Source: Amphiscolops sp. MND2022 | Lineage: Eukaryota | Assembly (NCBI GenBank): GCA_964187785.1 | Contig: OZ076409.1 | Location: 83,764,001 to 83,828,000, forward strand | Length of the DNA stretch: 64,000 nt | Direction of reading: 5' to 3' | Program-made: the position numbers and the translations under genes | Part shown: in pieces, positions 59,849 to 64,000 of the stretch | Layout of the letters: each line of letters opens with the position of its first letter | Position numbering within the stretch: position 1 is the first letter of the stretch | The notes under the pieces: model-generated | Seen by the model: the letters and a program-made list of their open reading frames with translations, nothing else | Told to the model about the DNA's origin: nothing | Database searches by the model: none

Positions 59849-62023
59849 GATGAGTTCGGATATCGAATCAGACGTTACGGACCCTGGAGATGAGTTTCAA
59901 ATCTTTGAGCAACATGATTCTGGACGTTGGAAACTTGTTCGAGGGAACAGCCAGGTGTACAGTCACTTTTAATGTTGAATTTGTGGATGGCATCAAAACT
60001 GATAAGCGAAAATGTACAAATGGCTCTGCTATTGTTAAGAGTGCTAATTTTGGTACATCATCTATGAAGACACACAGGGAAAAATGCTTGAAGCGTCAAA
60101 CGAGTGATCCGACGCAAGGCAAATTGAAATATGCAAAGGCTCCGAAAATTGCAGATCCAAAGCATACGCAAGGACTAAATGACGCTGCACGACTTGTCTA
60201 CGAAGACAATTTTCCCATTACAAGTGTAGCCTCATCAGCTGTATTGAAACAGTGGGCCACACGGTTGGGATATGGTGAATTGGATTACTCTGAAATCAAT
60301 CAACGAATGACTGAAATCTATCAGCAAATTGTTGCAAATATTACGACGTTGCTGTCTTCGCGCAAGAAGCTAGTTGTCATATAATTGAGTTTTGACAAGC
60401 GGACGGATAATGATATCACTAAATTTATTGGTGGATATCTCTACTTCAAGGCTAAAAAAATTTGCCTAGGGTTGATGAATTTTACAGGCCCGTGCCCCGC
60501 TGAACGAATTATTGAGCAACTGGATCGTCGATTGTCCATATTCAATTTGTCTTATTCCGATATTGAAGTATTTGTAACTGACATGGGTTCGGATGTGCAG
60601 AAAGTTGCTCGTGTGGCAAACAAATTTACGTTTCCTTGCCTCTGCCATGTGGTCAATTTGGGAACAAGACGTTTCGGCACAAGACGTTTCGGCAACAAGA
60701 TGGCGGAAGACGTTTCGGCAACAAAATGTTGCCGAAACGTCTTTCACCTGCTGTGAAGACGTTTCGGCACCAAAGACGTTTCGGCAACAAGAAGAATAAT
60801 CCGTAGTTTTCTTTAGTATGAAACGTGCCCCATATATGTCCCCATTTCCTCTAGTGCCCCGCGGCCCCTTGGGGCCGCTTATATTCCCATCTTGCTAGGC
60901 GAGGTCGAACAGGAGCAAAGACCTAGCGGAAACGGAGATCGCGAAGCGATCGTAGTGGGAGCTGGTCTTTGCGACGGTGAGGGCGAGCGTGCATACACCG
61001 AATATGCCCCCACATTAGAAGGGGAAAGTACTGAAAATTTGTTGCCGAAACGTCTTTCACCTGCTGTGAAGACGTTTCGGCACCAAAGACGTTTCGGCAA
61101 CAAAAAGTTGCCGAAACGTCTTCCGCCATCTTGTTGCCGAAACGTCTTGTGCCGAAACGTCCGGAACCCGTCAATTTGATTGTCAAGGATTTCATGCTAA
61201 AAACTGGGGCTGAAATCCCAGACGATGATGAACTTGAATTTGAATAAGATGGAGCAGACCCAGAGGAAGCAGAATTTACTGATGTGGTTATACGAGTCAA
61301 ACGCGAAGTTAGACGAGTTAGACATAGCATTGATATGAAAACAAGATTGACCAAGGCACAGGAGGTAAAGAATGGAAAAGTTCCGCCCTGAAGCTAATTC
61401 AGGATAATGCAACACGATGGAATTCGACCCTTGACATGTTGGAACGTTTTCTAAACCTGAGAGATTTTATTGCAATTGCAGTCGATGGGATTGACCATTT
61501 CAATTGGGACGCATTAACGGAACTTGTAGACCTTCTTTCACCATTTCGCGAAATCACAAATTTCTTGCAAAAAGAAAAGGCCTCTGCCCAGGAAGCTATG
61601 GATGCAATTATTTTTATTCGCCAACTTGCCAGGCAAGATAAAAGGTTGAGTTCATCCATCGACAAGGTATTCTATAAATGGGTCGACAACAATCCAGATG
61701 TTTGTGGAATAGTAAATTCCCGAGGTTCATTTTATGATTATGTACGACAGAAATACGATGAAAGTCAGCCAGCGACTTCTGGTGATCATCAGTACGTGCC
61801 TAAGAAAATGTCCTATGCTGCCTTTAAAAAGGCAAGTAAATCGGATAACGATTTCGATTTATTTGTAGCGTTGGAGAACTTCGTTCCTGCAGCAGTCGAT
61901 TCTGAGAGATTATTTTCATGGGGTCGAATCTCGAAGAATTATTTACGAAACCGAATGTCTCCCGAGAACCTTTCGCGCAATGTGTTCATAAATAAAAACA
62001 AATCATTCCATTGTTTTGTTTGA
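59849..62023 (+). pseudogene. hAT transposase pseudogene
   Basis: BED-like GTSSMKTH, SFD, VTDMGSDV, CLCHVVNL|IVKD (split by the MITE), TRWNST and SERLFS; several stops and frameshifts. Confidence 0.88.
60660..61169. mobile_element. MITE (gacgtttcggcaacaa-type long TIRs) with core 1 on the minus strand
   Basis: TSD gtcaattt(g) at 60652 and 61170; TIRs of about 130 bp; core at 60833-61017. Confidence 0.9.
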
Positions 62024-62507
62024 ATTGAATTTGTTTTCCATTAAATTGTTTTCCATTGAATTTGTTTTCTCAGTCAAATATGTTACTAACTAACAGTCAT
62101 TAAATTGTTATAGCCACTTACTTCTTTGCCAATTCTACAGGTCACGACAAAACCAATCCCTAAACCCAATTATCATACTGGATTTGACCCAATTACTGAC
62201 CCAATTATCGCATTTGTTACCAATCCCAATTACCAATTAGTATACCGGCAACCCAATTACAATTATTGGCTCACCAATTAATTGGTATCCCTGGTAACAA
62301 CTACAGCGTGTCCATCAAAATGCTTCAAAATTGTTGCTGGTTGTCGAATTGATCGCTGGTATTCTGAAGGCTAGGAGCATCTGCAATTTAATTTCCCAAC
62401 TTTCTTTCCCTCTAGTCGTCGCAAACTCAGAAACTCAACATTTTAATTAATCATTTCCTGCAAACCAAAAGAGTTGATTTTTTATGTTCTGAAGCATCGA
62501 TTTACAC

Positions 62508-62851
62508 GGGTGGCTGTAAATAGGTAGAGTTTTTCTGGTCGAAAGGACAGAGGTCGAACCTTTTGATCGAATTGCTGGGATCGAATGGAATGCGGTCGAA
62601 TTTTATCGTATTTGTTGTATGGCTCGGTCGCTTCGCTCCCTTCTCCAAGTAGCAACATTGAGGCATGGCCATATGGCACGTCGCTCCGCTTCGCTCCTGC
62701 ATTCAGGGCACTAGGGGTATGTGAACATATCTGACTACGTTATAAAAATTTCGATCCGAGTTGTTTCGATCCCATTCAAAAATTTGGTATGTCGACCTGA
62801 GGACTAACTCTGATTTTCGATCCCGTTCCTTCGACCTGTTTCCGCCCACCC
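62508..62851. mobile_element. MITE F, uninterrupted copy with core 2
   Basis: gggtggctgtaaataggt ... cgacctgtttccgcccaccc. No TSD seen; followed by a B-type TIR tip at ~62856-62892. Confidence 0.8.
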
Positions 62852-63551
62852 TTGTTGGGTTAGGAACAATTTGTCGAAAGACATTTTGCCGGAACCCAAT
62901 CTGACCCAAGTTGTCCAAGTGAATCCTCGATTACAGGTTTTGCAAAAAAGTCTTATCCATCTGAGCTTCTTCGGAGCGCGATGCTCCTTTGACTGATCCC
63001 ATTCTAGTTCCTACCGTTTCGAACCGATTAGGGTTCCCGAAATGGCAAGAACAAGATATCGGTTGCCGCGTTTTTTCTGATCATTGACCACAGATTGTTT
63101 GTGTCTTACAACAACGTCCACCAGGTTTGCCTCAAGGATCGTTGTAGGATGAACTGCCCTGATTTCTCTCTTGATTGCAATGATGTTTTTTTCCTGTGCT
63201 GTTTTCAGTCACAGTAGTCAAAAGCAAGAATATGGGGTTTCGAACCTTCGGTGATCGTTATGGGTTACTGGTTCGTTAGTAGACCGAAACTCTATCTCCA
63301 TATCGATTTGAAACAATCTATTTATTAATTGTGGCTGGCATGAGTAGTAGCAGTACTTTGTCGTTTATGTTGTTTCCATTTGGTTGTAGACCACGGGTGT
63401 GTATGATCTTGTCCCACATGATCACATGCACGGCATTAAATTAGATCTGAGAGAGGAAGAGAAAACACTGTAGTCGGTGATTATCTTTTTTTCTCGTTTG
63501 ATATTGAAATCATCAGGAAAAACTTTCAATGTTAATTTTCCAGAATTGATC

Positions 63552-64000
63552 ATGACAAGTTTTCCTCGAGCGAGAACTATCAGGTTCAACGAAGTTCAAC
63601 CTGTTGGACCTGGTGTTGGGCATTATTCACTTCCTCAAACAAGTTTTCCACCTCGAGGAACAACCTTCGTCAGAGCTAAGCGTTGGAACGAATCCGTAGG
63701 ATCAATTCCCGGCACGAACGTAACTTGTTGCAAACATTGCGGTGTCCATTACAATACGCCCAGTTTGATGACTACCAGTACACCCTCTGCTGCAGCAAAG
63801 AAACCAAATGGTGGAGGGTCAATAACCGATTTGAGTATGATCTCCCATATTGCATCCAAGCCTTATGATAGTCTTGTAACCCCTGCGAAACAGAACTCGT
63901 GCAGAGGTTGTGCGACTTACGAAAAACAACTACAGGACGAAGTAACTGCACGGAGAATACTGGAAGATCGTGTGAGACTATTGATGCACGAGAATACGTC
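63552..64000 (+). CDS. HMMR: N-terminus of a hyaluronan-mediated motility receptor (RHAMM)-like protein; runs off the window
   Basis: The frame is open to the window end and is absent from the ORF track. MTSFPRARTIRFNEVQPVGPGVGHY...TFVRAKRW...ILEDRVRLLMHE parallels recalled HMMR MSFPKAPLKRFND...APSPGAY...SFQKSQRF...ILEKEIRVLLQE. Splice acceptor ttttccag at 63536-63543. Confidence 0.75.
   Translation, partial: MTSFPRARTIRFNEVQPVGPGVGHYSLPQTSFPPRGTTFVRAKRWNESVGSIPGTNVTCCKHCGVHYNTPSLMTTSTPSAAAKKPNGGGSITDLSMISHIASKPYDSLVTPAKQNSCRGCATYEKQLQDEVTARRILEDRVRLLMHENT

Larger units (their letters stand above)
50906..62293 (+). mobile_element. hAT DNA transposon (defective) containing a BEL/Pao insertion and a MITE
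   Basis: Perfect 17-bp TIR cagggataccaattaat; 8-bp TSD gtaacaac (50898-50905, 62294-62301); subterminal ccaatta repeats. Confidence 0.92.

Noticed and set aside
62895..63240. Possible minus-strand exon divergent from HMMR
   Set aside because: The frame contains a stop and shows no recognisable homology or clear splice sites.

Overview
AT-rich eukaryotic genomic DNA from an invertebrate animal; the species cannot be fixed from the sequence alone. Seven host genes are visible: the 3' end of a CRAL-TRIO gene, a 6-exon EVG1/C22orf23-like gene, a CPTP/GLTP-domain gene, ISCA1, a divergent RRN3-like gene, NMT and the start of an HMMR-like gene. They sit in a dense transposon landscape. (1) A 12.2-kb Ty3/Gypsy provirus (15498-27722, near-identical LTRs) has gag, a -1 frameshifted pol, an env resembling chuvirus-G/herpes-gB class III fusogens, and an unexplained fourth ORF. 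It lies antisense in an EVG1 intron. (2) A six-level nested stack of GG-ended Foldback/Mutator-like MITEs plus a Penelope fragment with a degenerate hammerhead motif occupies 44183-48615. (3) Two structured 'cargo' cores are shared by MITEs whose inverted repeats are unrelated. (4) Four Helentron/DINE-1-like families share one terminal architecture, and several carry tRNA-like modules. (5) An intact BEL/Pao element sits inside a dead hAT transposon. (6) An old tandem Gypsy has a shared central LTR. All calls come from manual reading and recalled family motifs; no searches were run.
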